A stretch of 64,000 nt of DNA from IMG/VR virus record IMGVR_UViG_3300032038_000026. One strand, given 5' to 3'. Made by a program: the position numbers and the translations under genes. Positions within the stretch are counted from its first letter, which is position 1, and each line of letters begins with the position of its first letter. The notes beneath the pieces were generated by a model. The model saw only the letters and a list, made by a program, of their open reading frames with translations. It did not search any database and was not told the DNA's origin. Shown in pieces: positions 24,742 to 35,547 of the stretch. The DNA is from an uncultured virus (IMG/VR IMGVR_UViG_3300032038_000026) (Duplodnaviria > Heunggongvirae > Uroviricota > Caudoviricetes).

Positions 24742-25071
24742 TTAATCTCCTACACTATTAAATAGATTAGACATAATTTTAGAAATTGTATCGTTCTCTA
24801 TTGTTCCTGTTATTGGATTTTTATCGGTATTACATGTTACCTGAGTATAATCTGGATTATATTCTTTCCCAGTGTATTTAATATCTAATGGTTGAGTATT
24901 ATTTGAAGTATAAGTAATACCATTATTCCACCATGGGTAATATTTCTTACCTTCGGCATAACCACAAGCATATCCCTAATCATATGCTTTATTTATATAT
25001 TCTTCAAATTCTTTTCTACTAAGTTTAATTTCATCATCATGTTTGTCAAGATATATAACAATTGGTTTCAT
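24742..25071 (-). CDS. Hypothetical protein (one TAG; absent from ORF track)
   Basis: MKPIVIYLDK...KAYD*GYACGYAEG...; fills the gap exactly with ATGA overlap. Confidence 0.65.
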
Positions 25072-26291
25072 ACTTTCTTCTCCCTTAAAATGAGATTTAA
25101 AATAACTCCAGCTACTAGCGCGAGAGCAGTTCCACTTAAACTAAATACATCGCCGCCAAGCACTACACCACTAATTCCTAATGACAACACTACAGAGCAA
25201 ATAATTAAATTCTTTTGATTATTAAAATCTACATCTTTTAAAAGACGAATACCACTTGAACTAATAAATCCATACAACACACAAGCAGTACCGCCGCCAA
25301 TTACACAAGAAGGAATTGAAGCTATAAATGCTTGAACTGGTTCAAAAAAGCCAAGCGCCATCATCATAAGCGCGGCAGTAATAGTAACTTTTGTTGAAGC
25401 ACATTTACTAAATCCAACTGCGGCCACGCCTTCACCATAAGAACAGGCACCAAGTCCACCAAAGAAACTAGTTGCTAAATTCGCAGCGCCCTCACCAACA
25501 AAAATTCTCCCAAGGCCAGGCTCTTTATAAAGATCTACACCAATAATGCCACCAAGTGCGGCATGATCACTTAAACATTCACAAATAGCGCTAATTGTAA
25601 ATGCAATGTACATAATAATAATTGGAATAATTGAATTATCTATTTTGTGCATATTCATAAAAGCGAAAGTTGGAATATTAATTAAATGGATGTTATTAAA
25701 TACGGAAAAATCAATCAAGCCAAAAGGAATTGCAACTATATAACCAACTAGTGTTCCAATTAGGAATGGGAACATAGCTAGCGCGCCCTTAAAGTAATGG
25801 CTTGAAATTGCAATTGCTAATACTGTAATAAGCGCAATTACCAATCCAACATTTCCAGTGTCTCCAATATACCCAGGAATAAATCCCATTAGATTAATGC
25901 CAATTACAACTGTAACTGAGCCAATTAAAACTCTTGGCATTACTTTATACAGATTATCTACTGAGATATATTTAAAAATTAAACCAAAAATAACATATAC
26001 GATACAGCTTACTGCGCCGCCGATAATAACTGCAGCATATCCACCAGCCGCCAGAGCCGCGAGAACTGGAGTAACAAAAGCACCACTATTTGAAATAAAC
26101 ATTGGTGACTTACCTTGTGTTACAATCCAATATATGATTGTAGCCGCGCCAGCACCAAAGAAAGCGCCGGAAAGTGGGACACCACACACTTGTGCGATAA
26201 GAGCTGTTGCTGTAAAGCAACTAAGCATTACCTAAAGAGCAAATAAAAGTAGTTTACCAATAGGTGGGGTATCTTTTACATTATATATCAT
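25068..26291 (-). CDS. NCS2-family nucleobase (uracil/xanthine) permease
   Basis: Multi-TM; MFISNSGAF, SYGEGV, IPSCVIGG..VLYGFI, N.KNLII motifs. True start 26291 through one TAG at LFAL*VML, the UraA LGLQH position. Confidence 0.85.
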
Positions 26292-26812
26292 TAGTCTATC
26301 TCCTTTGAAAACTTCCAAGCTTTAATCATTCTAATTGCATCTTCAATATTTGAAACCAAATAACCATATTCTTTAATTAGTCCTGTTACATATAGATTTT
26401 GATAACTATATTGCTGTTCACCAAGACTTGCTGCGCCGCCAGCATCTTTTGCTTCGCTATGAGTCAGTGCGCATTGACGATTATCAGTACAGATACCAAC
26501 AATAAGTTTCGTATCACCGCGCGCAATTTTTTCATGAAATTTACCAATTTCAGCGCATGTCCCTGCCGGTAAAACATCTCCATCTATACAAGCAATTAGT
26601 ACATTTGTACTATCAAGTCGAGCGTTATCGGCTGCCGCGATTTCTTTGCTACCAGCAAATTTCTTTTTTCCTTCAACACCGTTAATATCGGTGTTTTCTA
26701 CTGGGCTATACAAATCAATATTAGGAAATGCTTCCCGAATTTTCTTAGCCCACTCTGTATTTCTTAGAAGGTCACCATACGTGAAAATTGGCCCTGCTAA
26801 ATATGCTTTCAT
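26291..26812 (-). CDS. Nucleoside 2-deoxyribosyltransferase / nucleotide hydrolase family
   Basis: YLAGPIF, YSP, D...GTCAEIG, NLYVTG motifs. Confidence 0.8.
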   Translation of the reverse strand: MKAYLAGPIFTYGDLLRNTEWAKKIREAFPNIDLYSPVENTDINGVEGKKKFAGSKEIAAADNARLDSTNVLIACIDGDVLPAGTCAEIGKFHEKIARGDTKLIVGICTDNRQCALTHSEAKDAGGAASLGEQQYSYQNLYVTGLIKEYGYLVSNIEDAIRMIKAWKFSKEID

Positions 26813-26830
26813 TTATTATCTCCTTTAATA

Positions 26831-27004
26831 TTAAACAATTATTTGACTTCTACATTCAGGACAATAAAGAATATCAATATAACATTCGTCATCTTTATCA
26901 TATTCTTCTTTTATGTCACCCTTAGTATAAGCAAATTCACATTCACATATAGGGCAAACTTTTTGTCCTATTTCATAACGATTGCCATGTTTTATAACTC
27001 TCAT
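26831..27004 (-). CDS. Small Zn-ribbon protein (57 aa)
   Basis: MRVIKHG...CPICEC...CPEC; AAGGTG RBS; first gene behind a sigmaA promoter. Confidence 0.65.
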   Translation of the reverse strand: MRVIKHGNRYEIGQKVCPICECEFAYTKGDIKEEYDKDDECYIDILYCPECRSQIIV

Positions 27005-27043
27005 AATTTCACCTTATAATAAATCTCTTCCATTTATATATAT

Positions 27044-27072
27044 ATTATATCATAAATGGAAGAGAAAGTCAA
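27044..27072 (-). promoter_or_regulatory. sigmaA-type promoter
   Basis: TTGACT-17-TATAAT with extended TG. Confidence 0.75.
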
Positions 27073-27074
27073 AT

Positions 27075-27584
27075 TTACGGTTCTAAATATGTAATTTTTT
27101 TACCAAGTTCTTCGGCCCATTCAATCTCACTTTTAGTTGACTCGCCGATATAACCATTTTGATTTATAACAAAAATTTCATCAGCGTCCGCAATTTTTGC
27201 TTTATGAATTTCATCCAGATGTTCTTTATCTTTTTCATTTATAGTATCGCCACGGTGAACAAATACTCCTGGCATAGTAACAATATACCCTTTTAAAGTA
27301 AACTCTTTTGCAATATCAAAAAACATTTCTTTGAAGCGAGTACTTCCACATAAACATACTTTGGGAGTTTTAAGAACTTTATAATATCTACCACAATGGC
27401 AAAAACCGAAGTGGTCTTGTTCTCTAAAATCTTTACAAATACATTTAGTATCATCACTTTTTTCAAGTGCGCAGCAACAATATCCATCATTTGCTTTTAT
27501 TGCTTCTTCGATTTCTTTACGATGGATAAAATCTGGATTTAATTTAATTTCATAATTATTAGAACGCATTTTTATTTTCTCCAA
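27075..27584 (-). CDS. Ferredoxin-thioredoxin reductase catalytic-like domain fused to a small Rossmann-like (Ndt-like) domain
   Basis: CCC..CIC..CHC spacing as in FTR CPC/CPC/CHC; C-terminal LCGSTRF...KIADAD...GYIGEST..EI. Confidence 0.7.
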   Translation of the reverse strand: MEKIKMRSNNYEIKLNPDFIHRKEIEEAIKANDGYCCCALEKSDDTKCICKDFREQDHFGFCHCGRYYKVLKTPKVCLCGSTRFKEMFFDIAKEFTLKGYIVTMPGVFVHRGDTINEKDKEHLDEIHKAKIADADEIFVINQNGYIGESTKSEIEWAEELGKKITYLEP

Positions 27585-27615
27585 TATCTATTGTTGAATA
27601 TTCAAAAATATCGCC

Positions 27616-28089
27616 TCAACATATATATTTTGCATACTGATTATTAGAAGCAAGTTCTACCCCTAAAACCGTATCAAATATATGTGGAGAATTTGGGATA
27701 AATCTTCCAAACTTTACGATAATATTATTTATCTGAGATAAGAAATTTATTTTATCTTGAACTTCTTCTTCTTTATATCCTGTATAAATTATAATTGGGT
27801 CTTTTGAAAAAGCACGGAAGACACAAATAAAGCTCCATAATTCTTCCCAGCTATCTAATGGTTCAAGACCACCACAGACAATAGCATGAGTTAAAGAATT
27901 ATTTAAATATCTTTGTACTACATCTATATTTTTAATTTCGATTTCTGGTTCATGCGCGAGCGCTGAATTTTGGCATATTGAGCGCCCACATTCTTTATCA
28001 CATTTAAAAGTACAATAAGGAAAAATCAGAAACATAGATGGTTTTTTATAATTGCATATATCATAATCAACCATACCTTTTAATTTCAT
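27616..28089 (-). CDS. nrdG: Anaerobic RNR activating enzyme (radical SAM)
   Basis: CTFKC...CQN, GGLEP, YTGY, LASNNQ; adjacent to nrdD. Confidence 0.85.
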   Translation of the reverse strand: MKLKGMVDYDICNYKKPSMFLIFPYCTFKCDKECGRSICQNSALAHEPEIEIKNIDVVQRYLNNSLTHAIVCGGLEPLDSWEELWSFICVFRAFSKDPIIIYTGYKEEEVQDKINFLSQINNIIVKFGRFIPNSPHIFDTVLGVELASNNQYAKYIC

Positions 28090-30011
28090 GCATTTGCTCC
28101 TTCTGTGTCAAGTGGCATCCACTCTCTCAGCTCATATTCTGCTTTACGAGTTTTAGAATAGGTTCTGGTTGGAGTATAAAAACCAACAATTCTTGTATAT
28201 TCAGTCTCAACTGGTTCGCCACAAACTGGGCATACTTTTCCATAGAAAGAATGGAAATTCTTACATTGTGCGACTTTACCATTAAAAGCAAAATATGTAA
28301 CGCCTTGTGCAGCTACCCAATTCAGCATCTCCCAAGCACTTTCAAAGCTGGAGAATGGTCTATCAATATTAATATGTTCGATTGAACCACCATTACAATA
28401 AGAGTCAAATGCAGCACAGATTTTTGTGCGTTCGAGAACAGTTGCTTTAATTCCGAGAGGAATCCATTGATTACCATAAAGAGGTAAGTCTTCAACTACT
28501 TTATCAGGATATAGATATTTATCTGCTGATTGCATTTTCGCGGCAGCTTGCTCGGCAGGAACTTGCTCAACATTGAATTTATAATCTTTATCAAGTGAGA
28601 AGTTGTCAATACAATTGCGAATCACCTGGAAGATACGGCGGCCAAGTGAATATGCTTCATCTGTATAAGAAGTATTGCCAAATTCATCAACTTTAATATA
28701 GCCAAATGTTTTAATAGCTTCATAAATACCATTTACACCAACAGTTGAATATAGATGTTCAAAATCAACCAAACCAGAAGAGAAACTTGGTAACAGTCCT
28801 TTTTCCACATTTCTTTTTATGATTTCACGTTGTGTATCAAGAATCTTTAAATCAAGTTCGGTAAGATTTTTCAAGCGCACTAAGAAATCTTGCTCAGATG
28901 CGGCTTGATATGCTAAGCGTGCGATATTAAGTGTAGCTACTTTTACGGAACCAACTTTAAGCGCAGTACCACCAATAGAATTGAAATAAAGGTCTGTTAC
29001 ATCGGATTTAAGTCTACAACAATTAGAAAGACTGTTGACTGTACTATCAGTAAAGAAATTAAATAGATTCCACTTGCGGCTAGCTTCACATGCCCAGCGC
29101 GCGAAGTCTTCATCAACAAATTTATTATCAACATAAAGAAGAGAAGCGGTTAGAACTGGGAATGTGAATACATTCTCTTCTCTAACTTCATTTACTAAAT
29201 CAATAAAATCTTTCTGAAATTGAATAATTTCTTCTTCTTCGTCAATCATTAATTCTCCATCAGGAAACACAGAACCGCCAAAGATAGCTTCGAAGTATGG
29301 ATGGTCAAATACGCTTACATTTGTAAATGCAGCTTGGTCAGTGCGCACCCAAGGTTGATTCAAACGATAAATAAGAGCTTGAAGTTGTTGATGTTTATAG
29401 GTTTCTGGGTCTTTCGTATAGTAGCCTGCGCGCACATCACGACTCCAGAAATAATATAGGTAAGGAATTAAATTGGGCAAACCTACTGCTCCACTTTGAC
29501 GGCGGCTGAGCCATGCGATTCCTTCCATGAGAATCTGAATAAAAGAATCTAAATGCTTTGCCGGCCGCGCATTATAATTTTCGATAAAGAATAACCCCTT
29601 CTCTACAATATCTTTAATATCATATGCAAAACAATAATGGTAGAAAGTAGAGGTGTTGAAATCATGCATATAAATAGCATAATTCCACATGGCTTCCATA
29701 GCTTCATTTGCAATCTTGAAACCATACTTCTTATTCATTTCATAATAAAGTTTATTAAAAGCTAGAAGTTTTTGATGTGGTTTTGACATTTCACTCATAA
29801 GAGTTACTATATCTTTTTGTGCGATATTTGCGTTTGCATCAACAGAAGCATTTGCTACATTATCACTATCAATAAAGTTATCAATAAAATCAGTAAGGCT
29901 TAATTTATCTTCATCTAAACCTTGAAGGGCTAAAAATTCTTCTCCATACTTTTCAGCCATTTTATTAAATTGAGTCTAAAAGTTTTTCTTTGTTCTAATA
30001 TTTATATTCAT
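28086..30011 (-). CDS. nrdD: Class III anaerobic ribonucleotide reductase (start extended through one TAG)
   Basis: HD, TFP, NCCRL, GS.KVATLN, EQVPAE, C-terminal CPVCG and RIVGF glycyl loop. ATG 30011 overlaps nrdH stop. Confidence 0.92.
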
Positions 30012-30208
30012 TGCGCGTTCACCCATTTAACTGCTTCTGAGAAACCATAATATTTATCATCAACTTGAAGAATCGGCGCAGCCGCGAAACCAAGCTTTTT
30101 CATTTCTTCGATATTGTCATTTGTAGTATATTCAAGAGATTTTTTATTAAGCTTCATCTCTAAAGCTTTACATTGTGGACAATGCGTAGTATATAGTTTA
30201 ATTGTCAT
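30008..30208 (-). CDS. nrdH: NrdH/glutaredoxin-like redoxin
   Basis: MTIKLYTTHCPQC...APIL; AAGGAG RBS before 30208. Confidence 0.8.
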   Translation of the reverse strand: MTIKLYTTHCPQCKALEMKLNKKSLEYTTNDNIEEMKKLGFAAAPILQVDDKYYGFSEAVKWVNAQ

Positions 30209-30398
30209 AAATCGCTCCTTCGAAACCGTCGCAATATTCACAAACACCATCAATAAAATTATGATGGCATTGCGCGCGAAGGCTATCATTTTCTTTCATT
30301 AATTCTTGGATTTCTTTATTTAAAACAAAAGTATCAAGTGCGGCTTGAATACGTTTATTGTTTTTATCAATTCTTTCACGAATCTCGGCTCCACTCAT
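30198..30398 (-). CDS. Small hypothetical protein with CxH..CxxC
   Basis: 66 aa, overlapping neighbours. Confidence 0.6.
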   Translation of the reverse strand: MSGAEIRERIDKNNKRIQAALDTFVLNKEIQELMKENDSLRAQCHHNFIDGVCEYCDGFEGAIYDN

Positions 30399-31509
30399 TT
30401 ACTAGTTTTCCTCCTTGTAAAATTACATTTGGCATACTATAAAACATATCAAATACTTCATAATTGTTTTTTCGTATATATTGAAAACTATCTCGTATTT
30501 CTTGAAGACTTACAGAAAAATGACTCCATGGCATTACTTCAAGATAGGCTCGTTTTTTTGCAGCGCACCATTTATATAATGTTTCTTTATGCGGTAAAAT
30601 ATGTTCACAATATGACCTACCATAAAAACAATTAAAAAGCTTCATAAGATTTAAAAGTTCTGGAGTTTTAAAAAACTCGTTACTAATGTTAAGTAAAATT
30701 TTTGTATTATGACTTCGTAAAAATAATAACTGCTTATAAAATTCTCCTAAGTAATGTTCCAAAAAATAGTTCTCGTCGGAGCATCCATAGGTGAAGTTAT
30801 AAACCATTTGCCGCAAGCCGAGGATTGGTTTTTCACATAAAGCTACTAATTCATCATTAGTAAACATTCCATTATATTGAAGATAGAATACTGTACCCAT
30901 TGGCGGCAATTTAAGCCACTTCATAAGTTCATCAAAGTTATATACATTTATTGGGTATTTATTTCCAATTCTATATGGTAGACCGCTCGGCCGTTGTCTA
31001 CTTACATCTTCTAATAATTCAAAAGCACCTGGGATAGATGATAAATCATAATCATGTAAAATAACTGATGGATGATATGGTTGAAGCCTTTCATATGGAA
31101 ATGGCTCCAAAGTTTTCCCATCTAAAGATAATCTTACATGTGTTGCATTAAGAATTGTTCTAATTTCTTCTCTGCGCGCTTTTACTGTACCATATTGCTC
31201 TTTATATTTTTTATAAATCTCAAAATCTGGAAGTATTTGTTCCATTTCTAAATCAAATGGTTTATATTGTTCTGAAAACGCACGGCCGCCATATTCAACA
31301 TTAGGAAGAAGAATTTTATCATCAAAAATTCCATCATCATATTCTTTTCTAAAGAAAACAAATGTATATTGTCCAGGCTCAAAATTAGGCCCAAATACAA
31401 CTATATCTTTTTTCTTTTTTCGCCAAGCCGCGTATTTCGCACATTCCAAATTTGGGATAACGCTGGGATAATGGAAGTAATCCCAGTCATAAACTAAAAT
31501 TACTGCCAT
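30376..31509 (-). CDS. Hypothetical protein resembling a degenerate phage radical-SAM-associated family
   Basis: PNLECAKYAAWRK..D.V, YGG.AF, PDF.IY recall the PNLxLMKxSxYHK..GD.V/GGTG/PDY family; no CxxxCxxC. Confidence 0.5.
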   Translation of the reverse strand: MAVILVYDWDYFHYPSVIPNLECAKYAAWRKKKKDIVVFGPNFEPGQYTFVFFRKEYDDGIFDDKILLPNVEYGGRAFSEQYKPFDLEMEQILPDFEIYKKYKEQYGTVKARREEIRTILNATHVRLSLDGKTLEPFPYERLQPYHPSVILHDYDLSSIPGAFELLEDVSRQRPSGLPYRIGNKYPINVYNFDELMKWLKLPPMGTVFYLQYNGMFTNDELVALCEKPILGLRQMVYNFTYGCSDENYFLEHYLGEFYKQLLFLRSHNTKILLNISNEFFKTPELLNLMKLFNCFYGRSYCEHILPHKETLYKWCAAKKRAYLEVMPWSHFSVSLQEIRDSFQYIRKNNYEVFDMFYSMPNVILQGGKLVNEWSRDS

Positions 31510-34500
31510 TATCCTTCATCCGCCCTTTCTGTTTTAATTATTAATCTTCCATTTTCAATACCTATGATTTGTTCAACTCTATGCCAAGGTGTAGCTTTAT
31601 ATACTTTCGCAATAAAACTTTCTTCTTGACGAATACCAGTAACAATAATTTTGTTACCACGCGTGAATGTTGATTTCTCAATTACGTGTTTTTTACCATC
31701 TGGCCCTTTTACAGAGATTTGCTTATCATATGCTTCAAACGCCCCATAAATCTTTACTGAAACGACACCAGTTGGAGTTAATAATTGTACTGTTTTTTTA
31801 GCTTTATCTCTATCTAAAACTGTACCAGCAATACGATGGAGCCTAAAGATTGGAACTTGTTTACCTTTAATTGGAATAACTCTTTCTACTTCTGCTTGTT
31901 CACTAAGATTAAAGAAATCTTCAATCATATAAATATCCAAATCAACATTTGCTAGTTCATGGTCATGAGAATAAAATGAAACAGAATCCATTTCCCATTT
32001 ACTAAGGTCGCCAAGACAATATTTATTCCAAACATCAGAAGTTAGTTTGTCATTTACAGCTTTAAGAAGCTCTTCATTATGTTCTTTTACAAACGGTCTG
32101 ATAATATCCATTTGCTTTTTATAAATACTATCCCATACTGTCTGTTTAATGCAAAAACCGCTTTCTGTGAATCTATTGGGTTCAGTTTTATCTATATCAA
32201 AATAAGTCTCCAAAAACTTAAAAGCCGGATTATCAAGACCATAATAACCTTGGTCCATTTTCATTTTTTTAATATACTTATTAAAATTATACACGCGGCG
32301 CTGCAAATCATATTTATCTGGAATCAGACCAAAATCAATTAACATTTTCATATTTTGAAGAGTAATACGTTTCTTAGTATCACTTATCATATCAACATAC
32401 TCATGCATAAGTTTTGTTCTATCTCCAAAACTATCAAATGCACCAGACTTAATAAGATTTATCATCTGAACTTTATTGACTTTTACTTTTGAAAGAAAAT
32501 CAGTTATTGAAGTATATGGACGATTCATGATAATTGCTTTTACGAGTTCTTCGCCTACGCGCGTAATACCACTAATACCATAACGAATGATATTGAGTTC
32601 TGCATCTGGAGAAAATGTATAAGTAGATTTATTGATATCTGGAGGTTCAACAACAATTCCACTCATTCTCATTTTACCAATAGCAGTTGCAATTTTACCA
32701 TAGTTTACAGACGATGTTTTTTTTCTTTTCTTTACCGTAGTTTCTTCAGTTTCTTCATCATCGTCATCATCATCTTCTTCGTCATTCGCACTAAAATCTT
32801 CTATATCATTATAAACTTCTTCGATCGGCGTAATTTCTTCTTCATCTTCTTGCTCTTTTTCATCGCCGCCTGCGTCTGTAATTAAACACGCGCAGTTCCA
32901 GAAGATAATTGGATAATGATATGCAAGATTCATTTCTTGAAGTGCAATCAAACTATATGCAAGAGTATGAGATTGGTTAAACCCATACCCACGGCTCATT
33001 GCAATCAGAACATTCCATACATAGTTTGTAAGTTTTTGGTCTATTCCTTTTTCTTTTGTGACTTCAAAAAATTCTTTGGTCAATGCATCATAATCTTTTG
33101 GATTCTTCTTTGCAATTGATTTACGAAGTTTATCTGCCCAAGTTAGACTAAAACCACCAAGTTCTGGAAGCTGAACCAGCTCCATAAATTGCTCTTGCGC
33201 AATACAAAGACCATACGACATACCAAGCACCGGTTCAAGAATTTTTCTTTCTTCTTCGCCAAGCCCATATCGCTCCATTTCTTTTTCCCATTCATCTGGA
33301 TTTGCCTTGAAGCGCGCGAGCTTGTCGGTCGGCATTTCTCCGCCTTTTTCTTGCGCCATAAGACGAATTGTAGAGTTAAGAATTGCAAGATCGTCAACAG
33401 AAGTTGGCTTTAGAGTTGCAATACCATTAATACCAGATTGCTTTTCCATTTGGAACAAAGATTGAATCTCATGATTCCAAACCATCTGCCACATCTCTGG
33501 ATTATCGCGCTCAAGATTATACACGCCGATAATATTTTCATAAGTTTCTTTTAATGTGCGCTCACGCTCAATTAAACCGGCATCACATAACAAATCAAGA
33601 CAATTATGAATCTTATCCATCGCTTCAACAGATAATGCATCATACTTAATAAGACTTACATCTTCTGCGTCATGAAGCTCAAATTGTGTACAAATTGTAC
33701 CATCGGGTGCGCGCATTAAAGCAGTTGATTCTGTAAAAGGCTCATCGACAAAGATAACGCCACCAGCATGAATACCAGAACCACAAATTAACCCCTCAAT
33801 TTTTTGTGCTACATTCCACAGTTCTGGATAGTTATTCATTTCAACAATAAACTGTTTAATTGGTGAAAAATCATTTTCAGTATCACCATTATAACACTGG
33901 CTCAATGTTCTTAACATACCGCGGTCTGCTGGAATCAAACTTGCAATATATTGAGCTATATCTACATCAATACCCAAGCCGCGCGCAGCTGTAAGAATTG
34001 CAGACTTAGATTTTTCTGTACGGAATGTCGCAACGTTTGCAACTCTATCTTCTCCATAATATTTACGGAATGCATTAAGAACTTGAGCACGCCGGCCGCC
34101 CTCAATATCGAAGTCAACATCAAGGACAGACACACGATCGGGATTCAAAAACCTCCAACGGAAACATTTAGTTGTTTCTCTGAGTGGATTAATTTGAGTA
34201 ATATCAAGGCAATACAGAAGTATAAAACCAACACCAGAACCGCGTCCAGGTCCAACAAGACTGCCAGCTTCCCAACAAATATCAATAATATTTTGAAGGT
34301 TTAAATAATATGCACTCCATCGTGCTTTATTAACTTCGGAAGAAACCCATGTATCTTCGAGACAGGCATTGATTTCATCATACGCTTCTTTATTTTGAAG
34401 GTCTGGATGTGTATCAATACCATGCACAACTGCTTTCACCAAATATCTATCAGATTCATATGGAGACTCTGCAAAAGTCCAAAGCATTGGAATTTTCATA

Positions 34501-35486
34501 CACATTTCTTCATATCCCCAAGCATCTGGTTCTTTTTCAATTGGTTTCCACTTTAAATTCGGAATCTTAAGCGGCCGCAGTAAACTAAAATCTTCAATAC
34601 TATCTCTAATCTTTAAAATATTTTTATATGCTTCTTGAAGAATATCGGAACTAAAGTATGGAAAGTAACTTTCCAATTCCTTTGTTCCCATCATGTAAGT
34701 TGTTGCATAAAAATCATCAACTTCGCGTTCGCCATTCTGTGCATTAAGATATGCTTTATGGACAACTCTATCTTCTTTACGAAGATAATGGCTATCAGTT
34801 GTAATAATATATGGAATATCAAAATAAATCGAATGTTTTAAAAGCGTCTTATTAACTAAGATTTGGTCTTTATTTTTTGACGGCTGCATCTCAAAATAAA
34901 AATTTCCATGCCCAAAAAGTTTGTCCATCTGTTGAATCCACATATCAATCTTTGGCAAAAGATCTGGATTACTTTGTGCACGAAGAATCTGAGTTGGAAG
35001 TGCGCCACCAAGACAAGCTGTTGAACCAATTACATGACCTGGATTCTTTCCAATAATCTCAAACAAATCATTATAATATGTCGGGACTCTCCGCATACCG
35101 CGCGCCATATAACTACGCATCCATGCACGAGTTGAGATTTCTCTAATTTGTTGTGCGCCAATCGCATCCTTTGCAAGAAGAATAAAGTGATAATATCTAT
35201 CAACTTCTTTATTATAATTCTGCGCATTTAACCCATTTCTACAAAGATAAATCTCATTACCAAGAATTACTTTCAGTTCTGGATATTTTTCTTTTAATTT
35301 TTTTGCAGCCTTTTCAGCCTTAACCCATCCACTAATACTTTCATGGTCAGTTAAGGCTACTACTTTATGTCCTAGCGCGCCCGCATAATTAAATAAATCA
35401 TCGAGTTTGTTTATGCAGTCACGCAAACGAATATTTGAATAATCTGAATGATTATGTAAGCTCCCTGGGTAATTCAGTTTCTCCAT
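31509..35486 (-). CDS. dnaE: DNA polymerase III alpha subunit (family C)
   Basis: PHP HNHSDYS/LTDH/TDSHY, GPGRGS, DVDFD, HAGG, YGFNQSH; 1325 aa without TAG. Confidence 0.95.
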   Translation of the reverse strand: MEKLNYPGSLHNHSDYSNIRLRDCINKLDDLFNYAGALGHKVVALTDHESISGWVKAEKAAKKLKEKYPELKVILGNEIYLCRNGLNAQNYNKEVDRYYHFILLAKDAIGAQQIREISTRAWMRSYMARGMRRVPTYYNDLFEIIGKNPGHVIGSTACLGGALPTQILRAQSNPDLLPKIDMWIQQMDKLFGHGNFYFEMQPSKNKDQILVNKTLLKHSIYFDIPYIITTDSHYLRKEDRVVHKAYLNAQNGEREVDDFYATTYMMGTKELESYFPYFSSDILQEAYKNILKIRDSIEDFSLLRPLKIPNLKWKPIEKEPDAWGYEEMCMKIPMLWTFAESPYESDRYLVKAVVHGIDTHPDLQNKEAYDEINACLEDTWVSSEVNKARWSAYYLNLQNIIDICWEAGSLVGPGRGSGVGFILLYCLDITQINPLRETTKCFRWRFLNPDRVSVLDVDFDIEGGRRAQVLNAFRKYYGEDRVANVATFRTEKSKSAILTAARGLGIDVDIAQYIASLIPADRGMLRTLSQCYNGDTENDFSPIKQFIVEMNNYPELWNVAQKIEGLICGSGIHAGGVIFVDEPFTESTALMRAPDGTICTQFELHDAEDVSLIKYDALSVEAMDKIHNCLDLLCDAGLIERERTLKETYENIIGVYNLERDNPEMWQMVWNHEIQSLFQMEKQSGINGIATLKPTSVDDLAILNSTIRLMAQEKGGEMPTDKLARFKANPDEWEKEMERYGLGEEERKILEPVLGMSYGLCIAQEQFMELVQLPELGGFSLTWADKLRKSIAKKNPKDYDALTKEFFEVTKEKGIDQKLTNYVWNVLIAMSRGYGFNQSHTLAYSLIALQEMNLAYHYPIIFWNCACLITDAGGDEKEQEDEEEITPIEEVYNDIEDFSANDEEDDDDDDEETEETTVKKRKKTSSVNYGKIATAIGKMRMSGIVVEPPDINKSTYTFSPDAELNIIRYGISGITRVGEELVKAIIMNRPYTSITDFLSKVKVNKVQMINLIKSGAFDSFGDRTKLMHEYVDMISDTKKRITLQNMKMLIDFGLIPDKYDLQRRVYNFNKYIKKMKMDQGYYGLDNPAFKFLETYFDIDKTEPNRFTESGFCIKQTVWDSIYKKQMDIIRPFVKEHNEELLKAVNDKLTSDVWNKYCLGDLSKWEMDSVSFYSHDHELANVDLDIYMIEDFFNLSEQAEVERVIPIKGKQVPIFRLHRIAGTVLDRDKAKKTVQLLTPTGVVSVKIYGAFEAYDKQISVKGPDGKKHVIEKSTFTRGNKIIVTGIRQEESFIAKVYKATPWHRVEQIIGIENGRLIIKTERADEG

Positions 35487-35518
35487 TCAACCACTCTCCA
35501 TTTCCATTTTCTATAATA

Positions 35519-35547
35519 ATTATATCATAAATTCTTTTAATTTTCAA
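35519..35547 (-). promoter_or_regulatory. sigmaA-type promoter for dnaE operon
   Basis: TTGAAA-17-TATAAT with TG. Confidence 0.7.
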
